From assembly GCA_963832745.1 (NCBI GenBank), contig CAWHVC010000003.1, forward strand, positions 352,001 through 416,000: 64,000 bases of DNA, read 5' to 3'. Source of the stretch: Candidatus Bathyarchaeota archaeon. GTDB lineage: Archaea; Thermoproteota; Bathyarchaeia; Bathyarchaeales; Bathycorpusculaceae. The notes under the pieces are model-generated. The model saw nothing but the letters and a program-made list of their open reading frames with translations, ran no database searches and was not told where the DNA came from. The translations under genes and the position numbers were made by a program. Positions 48,819 to 58,592 of the stretch are shown here, one piece after another; position 1 is the stretch's first letter, and the number at the start of each line of letters is the position of its first letter.

Positions 48819-49454
48819 ACCACGTTTTAGGATGCCTAAAAAGCCCCATTTCCAAAGATAGCTTTTCTGACTCGTTTTCTGCTATTTCCGAATAGACCAG
48901 AAAACCTAGAATGTAAGGCAACTTTAAACGAATTTTTACTAAACTAATCAACCTGTTACCTTGTTGTACCGTTACTCGCATTTTCTCGATATTCGGGGTC
49001 AATTTTCCAGTTGTCAGATATGTTGTATATACTGCAATCCCTCTTCGAATGCTCTTAGGCGAAGACCCCATCTTAATTTTCCAGTTAGAGACCAATAAAA
49101 GAAGCTAAAAAATTCTAATGGATAAAACTTCTTGATGTAGGGATTTTTGGAGTGTTGAATATAGTGTGCAAGTTCATGGTCAAGTATAACAAATTGCTTC
49201 TCTTTGCTCTCAAAGATTTTTGAACAGCTAACGTATACAGTGTTGTTTCGGTAAGATGATACTTCAGAAGATGTTATCTTAAGTTTGGGTTTGGTTACCC
49301 CTTCAACTTTAAGCGTATCTGTAACAATAGAAAATCTTTCTTCAAGCATTTGGTTAAGCTTCAATTCCTCTGTTCTTTTTTTCTTATAAAATAAGAATGG
49401 AAAACGCTTGAAAGTTGAATCAGAGATATTCATGGAAAACCTCAGTGAATTCAC
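48811..49454 (-). pseudogene. Zincin metallopeptidase-like gene, frameshifted near 49040
   Basis: HELAH and EEG in the 49014-49454 frame continue as IAVYTTYL in the 48811-49095 frame. Confidence 0.6.
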
Positions 49455-49534
49455 GTTACCTTTGCGATAAAGTTAGCGTTAAATCTTTAAATAAAACTTT
49501 TTACCGTTGAACCTAAACTTGGAGAGACAATAGT

Positions 49535-49720
49535 ATGGTTAAATGTATAAACTGTCAAAATCTTCTACAAGGTCATATGATACTTAGACCTGTTAATGGT
49601 GAAATAAAAGAATCCTGTATGTTATCTAAAGAAGTTATAGCTATGTCAGAAATTTCACGTATAGTAAATAATGATTTCGAATGTCAACAGGATGACGGAG
49701 AAACAGTTAAACCCCAATGA
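49535..49720 (+). CDS. Small CxxC protein
   Basis: MVKCINC..., with GGAGAG upstream. Confidence 0.45.
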   Translation: MVKCINCQNLLQGHMILRPVNGEIKESCMLSKEVIAMSEISRIVNNDFECQQDDGETVKPQ

Positions 49721-50464
49721 AGAAAGAGAATGGCCTAAATTCAAGAAAGTAAAATAAAACTTTGACTTTTTCCTTTTTTAATTTATATAAAAATGTTAAA
49801 AGTGTAAAATTTTTAATTGGTTAATCCTGATGTTTGCCCAAACAATTTTTAACCGTAGAATGTCACGTTTTTGTTAGGTTTTGTCACCTTTTGTTAGCTT
49901 AAATTTAACCACATAGGTAATACGTTTGTTTTAGGTAATCATAATTTAACATGCATGTTATAGAGGAACAAACAAGATAGAACTTGAGGTTGTGAGCCTC
50001 GAGCATGTCTTGTCCTCTATTGCTTCATATTCCCAGAATCTTAGTTTTTGGATGTTGGTTCCTTGAAGACGGAGCACTGGTCGTAGTGGTTCGAAGTTGC
50101 CTTAAGTGGTTGGGAAGTGTTTGTTTGTGGGTTAATTTTTTATTTTTTGCTGATTTTTTGAGACTTTTAAATTTAATTACTATTTTAAAGAATAAATGAG
50201 ATACCCTTAGTAAATTACAAGTCACTTGATATAATTAGTAAAAGGCGAATCGTTGCCACCACTGCACGACCTAAAAGCTATGGCAGACAAAAAAGAAGCC
50301 TAATTTACGTATGCGATAACTTCCCTTCCAATTTTAATGCAGATGACTCAACCGCTCGGTAGTTGGAGATACTTTTTTGACCTTTTCACGGGGTTGGTGT
50401 ATCTACCTAAGTTATGACTTCAAGGTAACAAAAAAACTAAAAGCTTAAACATATAGTAATTAGC

Positions 50465-51547
50465 ATGGCTCAAACGGTCGGTAGCACCAAACAAGCAGGC
50501 AATAAGCAACAAAACGATTGGCACTCAAGTAATCTTCATAACCTGTGGGATAATTCCAAGCAACGAATAATCCTTTTGATAGTTGACCTAGCGGTCATAT
50601 TCGGATTTTTGTTAGTTCTAAGTATCATATCGCCATTTTTCAATGGCATAAATGTGTTAATTACACTCACCATTTCCTTCCCGTTAATAATATTAGGCAT
50701 AGTGTACTTTTACAGGAGTTCATCGCAACTTTTAGCAGAGGTATATCTCAGCAAACATCTATCTTGGGTCAAAATGGACATTGCGAATTTAATACAGCTC
50801 AGCAAAATTGAGGATGAAGAGCGAAATGAAGATTGGGATAACCAAATTGAAAAAAACAGGCATTTTCTCCAACAAGACATCAGTAAAGCAAGGGTAATTC
50901 TTAAGGAATATATTGATTATTCAGAGATAGTTTTACCACCAATTTATAATTATGAGCTAGATAGGCTTCAAAAAAGCATTGACGTTTTTTTCAATTGTAG
51001 CAGTGAGGTATTATTTCCCTGTGCCCATACCTTTTCGGATTCAGAGACTTTTGAGAAAATGCAGGCTGAATACTGGGATTCATCAGAAATTCCTTTTCTG
51101 CATCCGATATCAATGCAAGAGGTTAAGGAGATTGAGGCTGAGGTAATTGAGGAAAACAAGAAAAAGGATTTTCCTGACCCTAGAATAGCAAGAATATGTG
51201 AGTATAACATTCAAGCTTTCGATGAGTTTATAGAATATTTGGGTAGAGTACTCTATGCAAGGGTGCGACCACATGCGATATTAAGGTATAGGCATCCGAT
51301 TAATCTACTAGAACTTTCGAGATTTTTTACATATTGGAATGTTGTTTTGGCTTCATGTAGGAATACCGAAGAAATTTACCCTAAGGTAAAGAAAGATGTT
51401 ATTGAGTACTATAAAACCATGAGCAGTAATGAGAGGCTACAAAAAAAGAGAATAACTAGCCTTAAGGACAGCATTTTATTGCTCATAGTTGGCGGTATTA
51501 TATCAGCGTTTATAACTTATGTTATGGGTTCCGTTGGTATCGTTTAG
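50465..51547 (+). CDS. Hypothetical membrane protein (two N-terminal TM, one C-terminal TM)
   Basis: Hydropathy pattern with a large soluble helical middle region. Confidence 0.65.
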   Translation: MAQTVGSTKQAGNKQQNDWHSSNLHNLWDNSKQRIILLIVDLAVIFGFLLVLSIISPFFNGINVLITLTISFPLIILGIVYFYRSSSQLLAEVYLSKHLSWVKMDIANLIQLSKIEDEERNEDWDNQIEKNRHFLQQDISKARVILKEYIDYSEIVLPPIYNYELDRLQKSIDVFFNCSSEVLFPCAHTFSDSETFEKMQAEYWDSSEIPFLHPISMQEVKEIEAEVIEENKKKDFPDPRIARICEYNIQAFDEFIEYLGRVLYARVRPHAILRYRHPINLLELSRFFTYWNVVLASCRNTEEIYPKVKKDVIEYYKTMSSNERLQKKRITSLKDSILLLIVGGIISAFITYVMGSVGIV

Positions 51548-51842
51548 TCTATTGTAAACCTTTTGATGTGACAGTGACATGCATTTCTCAGGAAAAGGTC
51601 TATGTTAGCCCTCTTCTATTTTTTCAGGGAATAATGGGTCATCAAAAAGAACTAAGCCATCGCCTTGACTGTCGGTCGAGTTTTCGTTAGTTTGTTTATC
51701 CTCCTGACTCCCACTAACTTTAGGGATTTTTAACTTACAGAGTTTATATAGGAAAACCAAAGCAAAAAGAGCTAAAAAAAAAATAAGATAAAATTTAGAA
51801 CAAAGCCCATGGTTAAGGCTAACAAATCAATCATTAAATCAC

Positions 51843-52767
51843 CTAATAGAGTGTTTTTGGCTTGTTTAAGCAGTAGCCCCAATCAGTTTTTGTTACCAAG
51901 TTAAAGCCTTCTGAGAGATAACTAGTTAGTTCTTCTTTACTTTCTGCATAAACAACGTCATATTCGTTAGACTTTATCCACGATTTGACTATGTGAACAT
52001 ACCGCAAAGTATTGTTGATGTCGCAGTGTCTAGCAAATCGTTGAGTGTCCACAATGTCCTTAGTCTTAAAGTAATGCCATGAAATAGCATAGTGCCGAAA
52101 TGTATGAAAATGAATCTTATGAAAGTCTTGATTGCCTGTTTCTTTAGCTAATCTTTGCCTATAATCAACGATGGAATCGTTAATTCCAGTGGGTTTATTG
52201 ATGTTTGAGAATATTCGCTTTTCATTTCTTGGCAATTGGATAAGCAAACCAATTAGTTCATCAGATAAGCTATAGGTTTTAGTTCTGTGCCCTTTGTTTC
52301 CTGTTATCTTTACAGATTTTGTTATCAGGTTTAGGTCACTCCAATTCAAAATCCAAGCTTCACCACTGGAGCAACCAGTTTCCACGGACAATAAAATCAT
52401 AGACCTGACATGAATAGACCTAATTCGATACACAAACTGTTTAACCATCTCAGGATTAGGCACAAACATCTCTTCATTGTCACACGCTCTAAAATTCGGT
52501 CTATTGTAAGGTATTTTCTTAAACTCTGCATACTGAGTAATCGCATCAAGACAATTTGACTTAGACTTATCACACCAAGAAGAACTTAACACTTGAGCGG
52601 TCATGTCATTTGGTGAACCTGATAGTTTAGCAAAAAACCGAAGCTTCCTACTGATACTTGAATCACGATTACCTTTAGTGAACTTTAGCCATAAACCAAA
52701 ATTCAAAAGGTCAGATTCTTTGGACTTCCACAGGTTCTTTGTTGGTGCGGAGGGTGGGATTTGAACC
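51843..52767 (-). CDS. Tyrosine integrase C-terminal fragment int(C), SSV/pTN3-type split gene
   Basis: ETGCSSGE, KGH, HTFRH, ARH and TLRY. The reading frame runs out of the tRNA 3' end, with an in-frame ATG at 52814 inside the tRNA. Confidence 0.9.
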
Positions 52768-52830
52768 CACGAACCCCTGCGGGATAGGAGCCTCAGTCCT
52801 ACGCCTTTGGCCATGCTGGGCGACCTCCGC
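52743..52830 (-). tRNA. tRNA-Leu(GAG), 88 nt, encoded CCA
   Basis: Acceptor stem GCGGAGG/CCTCCGC+ACCA, anticodon arm TAGGA-CTGAGGC-TCCTA, long variable arm, T-arm GGTTCAAATCC. Confidence 0.97.
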
Positions 52831-53028
52831 TCTGTTGTGATGCTGTCTTGAGGCTTTTCGGAAATATAAATTAGTTGTTACATTTAAAGGCTTTACTTTG
52901 CGTGTGGAGGTTTTTGGGTAGGATTTGTTTATTACTGGGGCAGGGTTGATTGTTTTAGGGGATATACAGAAGGTTTATTTCCCGCACAGTTTATAACAGT
53001 GTTATAAAATTTGTGGTTGGCAAACAAG

Positions 53029-53955
53029 ATGACAAAAATATACAACAACGTCCTTGAAACAATCGGCAAAACACCCCTAATAAAAATTAACAATTTAACA
53101 CAAGGCCTAAACGTCACAGTAGCAGGCAAATTTGAAGCCAGAAACCCAGGCGGAAGCGTAAAAGACCGCATCTGCAACGCCATGATTGAAGAAGCAGAAA
53201 AACAAGGCCTACTCAAACCCGGCGCAACCATAATAGAACCAACAAGCGGAAACACCGGCATCGGCTTAGCCATGGTAGCCGCAGTAAAAGGCTACAAACT
53301 TATTCTAACAATGCCAGAAACCATGAGCATCGAACGCCGAAACCTACTCAAAGCATACGGTGCACAACTCGTCCTAACCCCGGGAACAGACGGGATGGCT
53401 GGCGCAATAAAAAAAGCAGAAGAACTCCTTGCAAACACACCCGGTTCGTTTATGCCGCAGCAATTCAAAAATTTAGCTAACCCAAAGGTTCACCGTGAAA
53501 CTACAGGGCCAGAAATTTGGGCTGACACAGACGGCAAAGTAGACATTGTCGTTGCAGGCGTCGGTACAGGCGGAACCATAACGGGCATTGCAGAGTACAT
53601 CAAACCGCTTAAAGCTGATTTTAAAGCAGTCGCTGTTGAGCCAGCAGGTTCACCAGTACTAAGTGGAGGCAAAAAAGGTCCACACAAAATACAAGGCATT
53701 GGCGCAGGTTTTGTTCCAGATGTACTTAAACTGGATTTGGTTGACGAAATCTTCAAAGTAGCAGATGATGACGCTCTTAAAACGGCTAGGCAGCTTGCTC
53801 AAAAAGAAGGCTTACTAGTAGGCATTTCTGCTGGTGCAGCCGTGTTTGCAGCCATCGAAATCGCTAAACGCCCTGAAAATAATGGCAAATTGATTGTTGC
53901 AATTTTGCCAGATACCGGAGAAAGATACCTAAGCACCCCATTATTCCAAGAATAA
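53029..53955 (+). CDS. cysK: Cysteine synthase A
   Basis: [24 protein letters not shown] and DTGERYLST. Confidence 0.96.
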   Translation: MTKIYNNVLETIGKTPLIKINNLTQGLNVTVAGKFEARNPGGSVKDRICNAMIEEAEKQGLLKPGATIIEPTSGNTGIGLAMVAAVKGYKLILTMPETMSIERRNLLKAYGAQLVLTPGTDGMAGAIKKAEELLANTPGSFMPQQFKNLANPKVHRETTGPEIWADTDGKVDIVVAGVGTGGTITGIAEYIKPLKADFKAVAVEPAGSPVLSGGKKGPHKIQGIGAGFVPDVLKLDLVDEIFKVADDDALKTARQLAQKEGLLVGISAGAAVFAAIEIAKRPENNGKLIVAILPDTGERYLSTPLFQE

Positions 53956-54044
53956 CCAAAAAAGCCTCAACATATTTTGTGTTGTTTACGCTTTTTTTAT
54001 ATTTACCTTTAATCTACTAGTAGAAAAAATGGGAAGCAGAAAAC

Positions 54045-55100
54045 ATGGAACCCAAAGCTAACCAGCCCAGCTCTAAAAACTGTGAAGAATGCAAACAAAG
54101 AAGAAGCGGCGAATATGATTGCTGGAACCCAGACAAAATGATTGAAGCACTTATGAAAAATCACGATCAGGGTGAGGAGCATTGGGTTGAAAACGGCTTA
54201 CCCAATCTTGTAGACAAGATAGTGACAAACTATCACACTTTTGGCGGGATGGACCATCTAGAAGGCAGAGATTTGCCATCCAAAAAAGTCGTCATCGAAG
54301 TTTTAGATGACATCTTCACAGTTCTGTTTCCAGGCTATTTTGGCGATTCCGAAATCAGCAAAGCCAACATAAAATATCATTTAGGAACTAAATTAACATC
54401 CATATACACACGTTTAACCATCGAGATAGAAAAAAGCCTCAAATACATATGCAGAAAAATCAGCGAATGCCCACAAGACATATGCCAAAAACGTGCACAC
54501 GTGGTCGTTAAAGAACTTCTTGAAGCATTACCTGAAATCCGTTCAACACTTAGCAGCGATATAGAAGCAGCATACAACGGTGACCCAGCCGCGGTAAGCA
54601 CAGACGAAGTTATCCTAAGTTACCCGTGTGTAATGGCAATCACAACTTACCGGTTAGCACATGAACTTTACATCCGCTGTGTACCGTTAATTCCAAGAAT
54701 AATGAGTGAACACATGCATTCCCTAACAGGCATCGATATTCATCCAGGCGCAAAAATTGGCAAAAGCTTCTTTATCGACCATGGCACGGGGGTTGTTATC
54801 GGTGAAACCGCAGAAATCGGCGAGAACGTGAAACTTTATCAAGGCGTAACCTTGGGTGCATTGAGCTTTCCTAAAGATGAAAAGGGCAACATCATCAAAG
54901 GCCGTAAACGACACCCCACAATCGGCAATAACGTTGTCATTTATAGCGGTGCAACTTTGCTGGGAGGAGACACAGTCATTGGGGATAACGTGGTGATTGG
55001 TGGAAACACTTGGATAACCACTTCAGTGGAAGCAGGCACCAAAATTACTAGGGGACCTGAAGAGTCCACTTACAAGAAAGAAAAGAATCATGACCATTAA
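54045..55100 (+). CDS. cysE: Serine O-acetyltransferase (long type)
   Basis: GDPAA, TGIDIHPGA, DHGTGVVIGET, QGVTLG and KRHPT. Confidence 0.93.
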   Translation: MEPKANQPSSKNCEECKQRRSGEYDCWNPDKMIEALMKNHDQGEEHWVENGLPNLVDKIVTNYHTFGGMDHLEGRDLPSKKVVIEVLDDIFTVLFPGYFGDSEISKANIKYHLGTKLTSIYTRLTIEIEKSLKYICRKISECPQDICQKRAHVVVKELLEALPEIRSTLSSDIEAAYNGDPAAVSTDEVILSYPCVMAITTYRLAHELYIRCVPLIPRIMSEHMHSLTGIDIHPGAKIGKSFFIDHGTGVVIGETAEIGENVKLYQGVTLGALSFPKDEKGNIIKGRKRHPTIGNNVVIYSGATLLGGDTVIGDNVVIGGNTWITTSVEAGTKITRGPEESTYKKEKNHDH

Positions 55101-55122
55101 AAAACGAAAGTTAATTGCTTTA

Positions 55123-55599
55123 TTATAGCAATCTAAAGTTTTCTTTTACAGTCGTTAAAACTACATGGGTGTTAGTTCGCTCAATGTAGGGTAACGCTAG
55201 CAAACGTTTTGTGAAGGCACCAAGGTCTTCTCTGCTTTTGAATTTGGCTATGATAACAGCGTCAGTTGAACCAGTAACGTCATAGACTCCGCAGACACTT
55301 GGAATTTTTGCTATTTCCATTTCCATCTCAAGCAACCTTCCTTTGGATACAGTAATTTCTGTTACAACAGTCAATTGGTAACCAAGTTTTTCATGGTCCA
55401 AAGTAACAGAGTAACCTTTGATGAGGCCATCGTCTTCCATTTTTTTGATTCTAGACAAAACTGTGCCAACAGATACCCCAACGTTTTTGGCTATTTGTCT
55501 GCTTGAGAACCTTGCGTCCTCTAAGAGGCTTTTGAGAATTTTAACATCTGTTTCATTTAGCTCCAAATCCAAGACTTCCCTGTACGTTCTTCCAGCCAA
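55123..55599 (-). CDS. Lrp/AsnC family transcriptional regulator
   Basis: DVKILKSLLEDARFS HTH and YDVTGSTD. Start codon uncertain. Confidence 0.92.
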   Translation of the reverse strand: MAGRTYREVLDLELNETDVKILKSLLEDARFSSRQIAKNVGVSVGTVLSRIKKMEDDGLIKGYSVTLDHEKLGYQLTVVTEITVSKGRLLEMEMEIAKIPSVCGVYDVTGSTDAVIIAKFKSREDLGAFTKRLLALPYIERTNTHVVLTTVKENFRLL

Positions 55600-55772
55600 A
55601 TTAATGTTTTCGAAACATACTTCTTGATATTCACGTGGTTATATTTATAAAAGTTTAGTTTTAGAGTATGAAATAGAACGGTGAAATTATGGTACACGGC
55701 ATTTGGCTGTGTTAAGTAAATTCATAGTAACGTTAAATTAGCAGGGTTAGTCCCAATAGTGAGATTGAGAAA

Positions 55773-57323
55773 ATGCAAACCAAAGTTGACACTATACTAG
55801 TACTTGACTTCGGAGGGCAATACTGCCACTTAATCGGCAGAAGAATCAGAGAACAAAGCGTTTACTCCGAAATTGTTCCCCATGACATTTCGCCTGAAGA
55901 AGTCAAAGCCTTAAACGAAAAATTCAATGTTAAAGGCTTAATTTTATCCGGTGGACCCTCAAGCGTTTATGGACCAAACGCGCCAAAACTACACCCAAGA
56001 ATTTTGGAGGTCAACCTGCCAATTTTGGGTTTATGCTATGGACACCAGATTTTGGCTCAGTTAACCAAAGGAAAAGTTGAACCTGCAACCTGCAAAGAAT
56101 ACGGCATAGCCTATGTAAGCATAGACAAAGCCGAAGGCGTTCTTGAAGGCTTAAGCAGCAAAGAGAAAGTTTGGATGAGCCACGGCGACACCGTCTGCAG
56201 TTTGCCAGACGATTTCGAATCTTTAGCCCACACCAATAACTGCCCCGTTGCAGCTTTTAGGCATAAACAGAAACCCATCTACGGCATTCAATGGCACCCA
56301 GAAGTAATACACACTGAGAACGGCGCCCGCATGCTACACAATTTCATCTTTAACGTTTGCAAATGTGAACCTAACTGGCAAATGGAAGATTTAATCGAAA
56401 AGATGGTTCAAGAACTAAAAACCGAAGTAGACAACGGAAGCGCCATTATTGGTTTAAGTGGCGGAATCGACTCAAGCGTAGCCACAGCCCTTGCGGCTAA
56501 AGCATTAAACGAGAAATTAACCGCAGTCTACGTTGACCATGGGTTTATGCGGGAAGGCGAAACTGAAGCCATACGAGAAACCTTTAGCAAATTCAAAATT
56601 AACTTCATCGTAGCAGACGCCCATGAAAGATTCATCAAAAAACTCCAAGGCGTAACTGACCCTGAACGCAAACGAAAAATCATCGGTGAAGAATTCATCC
56701 GTGTGTTTGAAGAATACGCCGTCAAATCCGGCGCCCAATACCTAATTCAAGGAACTATTTATCCTGACCGCATAGAATCTGGCTTCCGCAAAAATAGCGA
56801 CGTAATAAAAAGTCACCATAACGTAGCCGGTTTGCCTGAAAAAATTGAGTTCAAAAAAATCCTTGAACCCTTACGGGACTTATACAAAGATGAAGTACGC
56901 AAAGTTGCAAAAATGTTGGGGTTACCAAATGAGCTTGTAAACCGGCAGCCGTTTCCAGGTCCAGGCTTAGCAGTTAGAATTATTGGTCCTTTGACTGAGG
57001 AAAAGGTTAGAGTTGTTAAGCATTCTGATAAGATTGTTCGGGATGAAATCGAGGCGGCTGGTTTAGCGGAGAGTCTTTGGCAGTATTTTGCAGTGGTTAC
57101 TGATACTAAAGCTACAGGCGTTAAGGGTGATGCAAGAGCTTACGGTTACGTGGTTGCGGTACGAGTTATGGAAAGTCGTGAAGCCATGACTGCAAGCTTT
57201 GCTAAACTTCCCTATGAGGTGCTGGAAAAGATTTCGACGCGAATAACTAACGAGGTGCCAGAGGTTACTCACGTAGTTTATGATATAACTCACAAGCCGC
57301 CAGCAACAATCGAATGGGAATAA
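55773..57323 (+). CDS. guaA: GMP synthase (glutaminase and synthetase fused)
   Basis: DFGGQY, GLCYGHQ, HPEV, SGGIDS and KPPATIEWE. Confidence 0.97.
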   Translation: MQTKVDTILVLDFGGQYCHLIGRRIREQSVYSEIVPHDISPEEVKALNEKFNVKGLILSGGPSSVYGPNAPKLHPRILEVNLPILGLCYGHQILAQLTKGKVEPATCKEYGIAYVSIDKAEGVLEGLSSKEKVWMSHGDTVCSLPDDFESLAHTNNCPVAAFRHKQKPIYGIQWHPEVIHTENGARMLHNFIFNVCKCEPNWQMEDLIEKMVQELKTEVDNGSAIIGLSGGIDSSVATALAAKALNEKLTAVYVDHGFMREGETEAIRETFSKFKINFIVADAHERFIKKLQGVTDPERKRKIIGEEFIRVFEEYAVKSGAQYLIQGTIYPDRIESGFRKNSDVIKSHHNVAGLPEKIEFKKILEPLRDLYKDEVRKVAKMLGLPNELVNRQPFPGPGLAVRIIGPLTEEKVRVVKHSDKIVRDEIEAAGLAESLWQYFAVVTDTKATGVKGDARAYGYVVAVRVMESREAMTASFAKLPYEVLEKISTRITNEVPEVTHVVYDITHKPPATIEWE

Positions 57324-57334
57324 ACTTCCCAATT

Positions 57335-57380
57335 TTTAATATTTTTACGCTTAAAAAGTCAATAGCACCTGTTCTCTTAG
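57335..57380 (-). repeat. Possible degenerate fourth copy of the dispersed repeat
   Basis: GCTTAAAAAGTCAATAGCACCT...CTTAG resembles CAATAGCACCTACCCCCCTTAG of copy 3 and the reverse complement of copy 2. Confidence 0.4.
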
Positions 57381-57474
57381 AAAAAAATTTTGCTTAAGCC
57401 CTTTAGCCTTTGACCTATTAGCGTTTCTCCATACCAGTTTATATAAAAACTTAGCATAGTGTAATTTATCTAAG

Positions 57475-58572
57475 GTGAATTATCTGAAGGCAGTGATTTT
57501 AGCAGGCGGATTTGCAACACGACTAAGGCCATTAAGCTGTAGCAGACCAAAAACGCTTTTTCCAATAGTTAACAAGCCGTTGCTACAATGGATTTTTGAA
57601 GGACTCGCTGCCAACGAAATAAATGAAGCGGTCTTAGCGGTTAACGCGTTAACTCAGTTTCACATAAAACAACAAAAAACGCCTAAATGCGGCTTAAAAA
57701 TCAAGTATGCAATTGATCCACCCAAGACGCCGCTGGGAACCGCTGGACCAATAAAGAACGCGGAAAAAATAGTCGGCCATGATGAACCGTTTGTTGTTTT
57801 GAATGGAGATATATTTGCTGACATTAATTATAAGCAGTTGCTTGATGTGCATACAAAAACCGGCGCGTTAGCAACTATTGCTTTGTGCAAAGTTGACGAC
57901 CCCTGCAGGTATGGTGTTGCAGAACTTGAAAACGGAAACTGTATCAAAAACTTTATTGAAAAGCCAGCCAAAGGGCAAGAACCAACCAATTTAATCAATG
58001 CGGGAGTTTATGTTTTAAGCCCAAAAGTTTTCGATTACATTCCTAAATGTAAACAATGCTCGATGGAGCGTGAAGTTTTTCCGGCGCTGGCAAAAGAACA
58101 CAAACTTTTCGGGTACATGATAGATGGGTTATGGATGGATATAGGTAAACCAGAAGAGTACCTGTTAACCAACAAGATAATCTTAGACAACAAAGCAATG
58201 GCTAACCAGCTAAAGGTGCCTAAAAAATTTCAAGTTAAAATGCCGGTAGCAATAGATAGAAATGTAGCTATAGGCGAAAAATCAGTTATCGGCCCCTACG
58301 CAGTTTTAGGCAAAAACGTCATTGTTGGCAATAATGTACAGATTTGTAATTCTGTAATTTTCCCAGACGCAAAAATCAGTGACAATGCAATAGTTGACGG
58401 CGCAATAGTGGGTGAGGGCGCAGTAATCGGTAAAAATGCTCAAATTAACAATGGTTGTATTGTTGCTGACCAGGTTAAAATCAGAGACAACATCAGTTTA
58501 ACCAGGGATTCAGCGGTTTGCCCTGCTAAGGAGATATCTGAAACTATTTTAAAAAGAAACATCATCTGTTAA
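57475..58572 (+). CDS. NDP-sugar pyrophosphorylase (mannose-1-phosphate guanylyltransferase-like)
   Basis: LAGGFATRLRPLS, LGTAG, NGD, WMDIG and a hexapeptide-repeat tail. Confidence 0.9.
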   Translation: MNYLKAVILAGGFATRLRPLSCSRPKTLFPIVNKPLLQWIFEGLAANEINEAVLAVNALTQFHIKQQKTPKCGLKIKYAIDPPKTPLGTAGPIKNAEKIVGHDEPFVVLNGDIFADINYKQLLDVHTKTGALATIALCKVDDPCRYGVAELENGNCIKNFIEKPAKGQEPTNLINAGVYVLSPKVFDYIPKCKQCSMEREVFPALAKEHKLFGYMIDGLWMDIGKPEEYLLTNKIILDNKAMANQLKVPKKFQVKMPVAIDRNVAIGEKSVIGPYAVLGKNVIVGNNVQICNSVIFPDAKISDNAIVDGAIVGEGAVIGKNAQINNGCIVADQVKIRDNISLTRDSAVCPAKEISETILKRNIIC

Positions 58573-58592
58573 AACGTGCAAGGTCGATTTAG

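Larger units (their letters stand above)
40894..52767. mobile_element. Integrated plasmid-like element (about 11.85 kb) with a split tyrosine integrase
   Basis: 25-bp att repeats, int(N) and int(C) at opposite ends, primase and ATPase genes. No capsid or conjugation genes recognised. Confidence 0.85.
36583..52796. mobile_element. Composite integrated island at tRNA-Leu(GAG), about 16.2 kb
   Basis: Flanked by a 55-bp perfect direct repeat (36583-36637 = 52742-52796). Visibly AT-richer than its flanks. Contains an integrase, a replication module and orphan genes. Confidence 0.92.

Noticed and set aside
50005-50225. Overlapping 64-aa and 66-aa ORFs on opposite strands
   Set aside because: Low-complexity sequence with no motif; I cannot choose or support either.
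40894-52767. Provirus or conjugative element interpretation
   Set aside because: No capsid, terminase, packaging ATPase, VirB4 or relaxase motifs were recognised, so it is called plasmid-like only.
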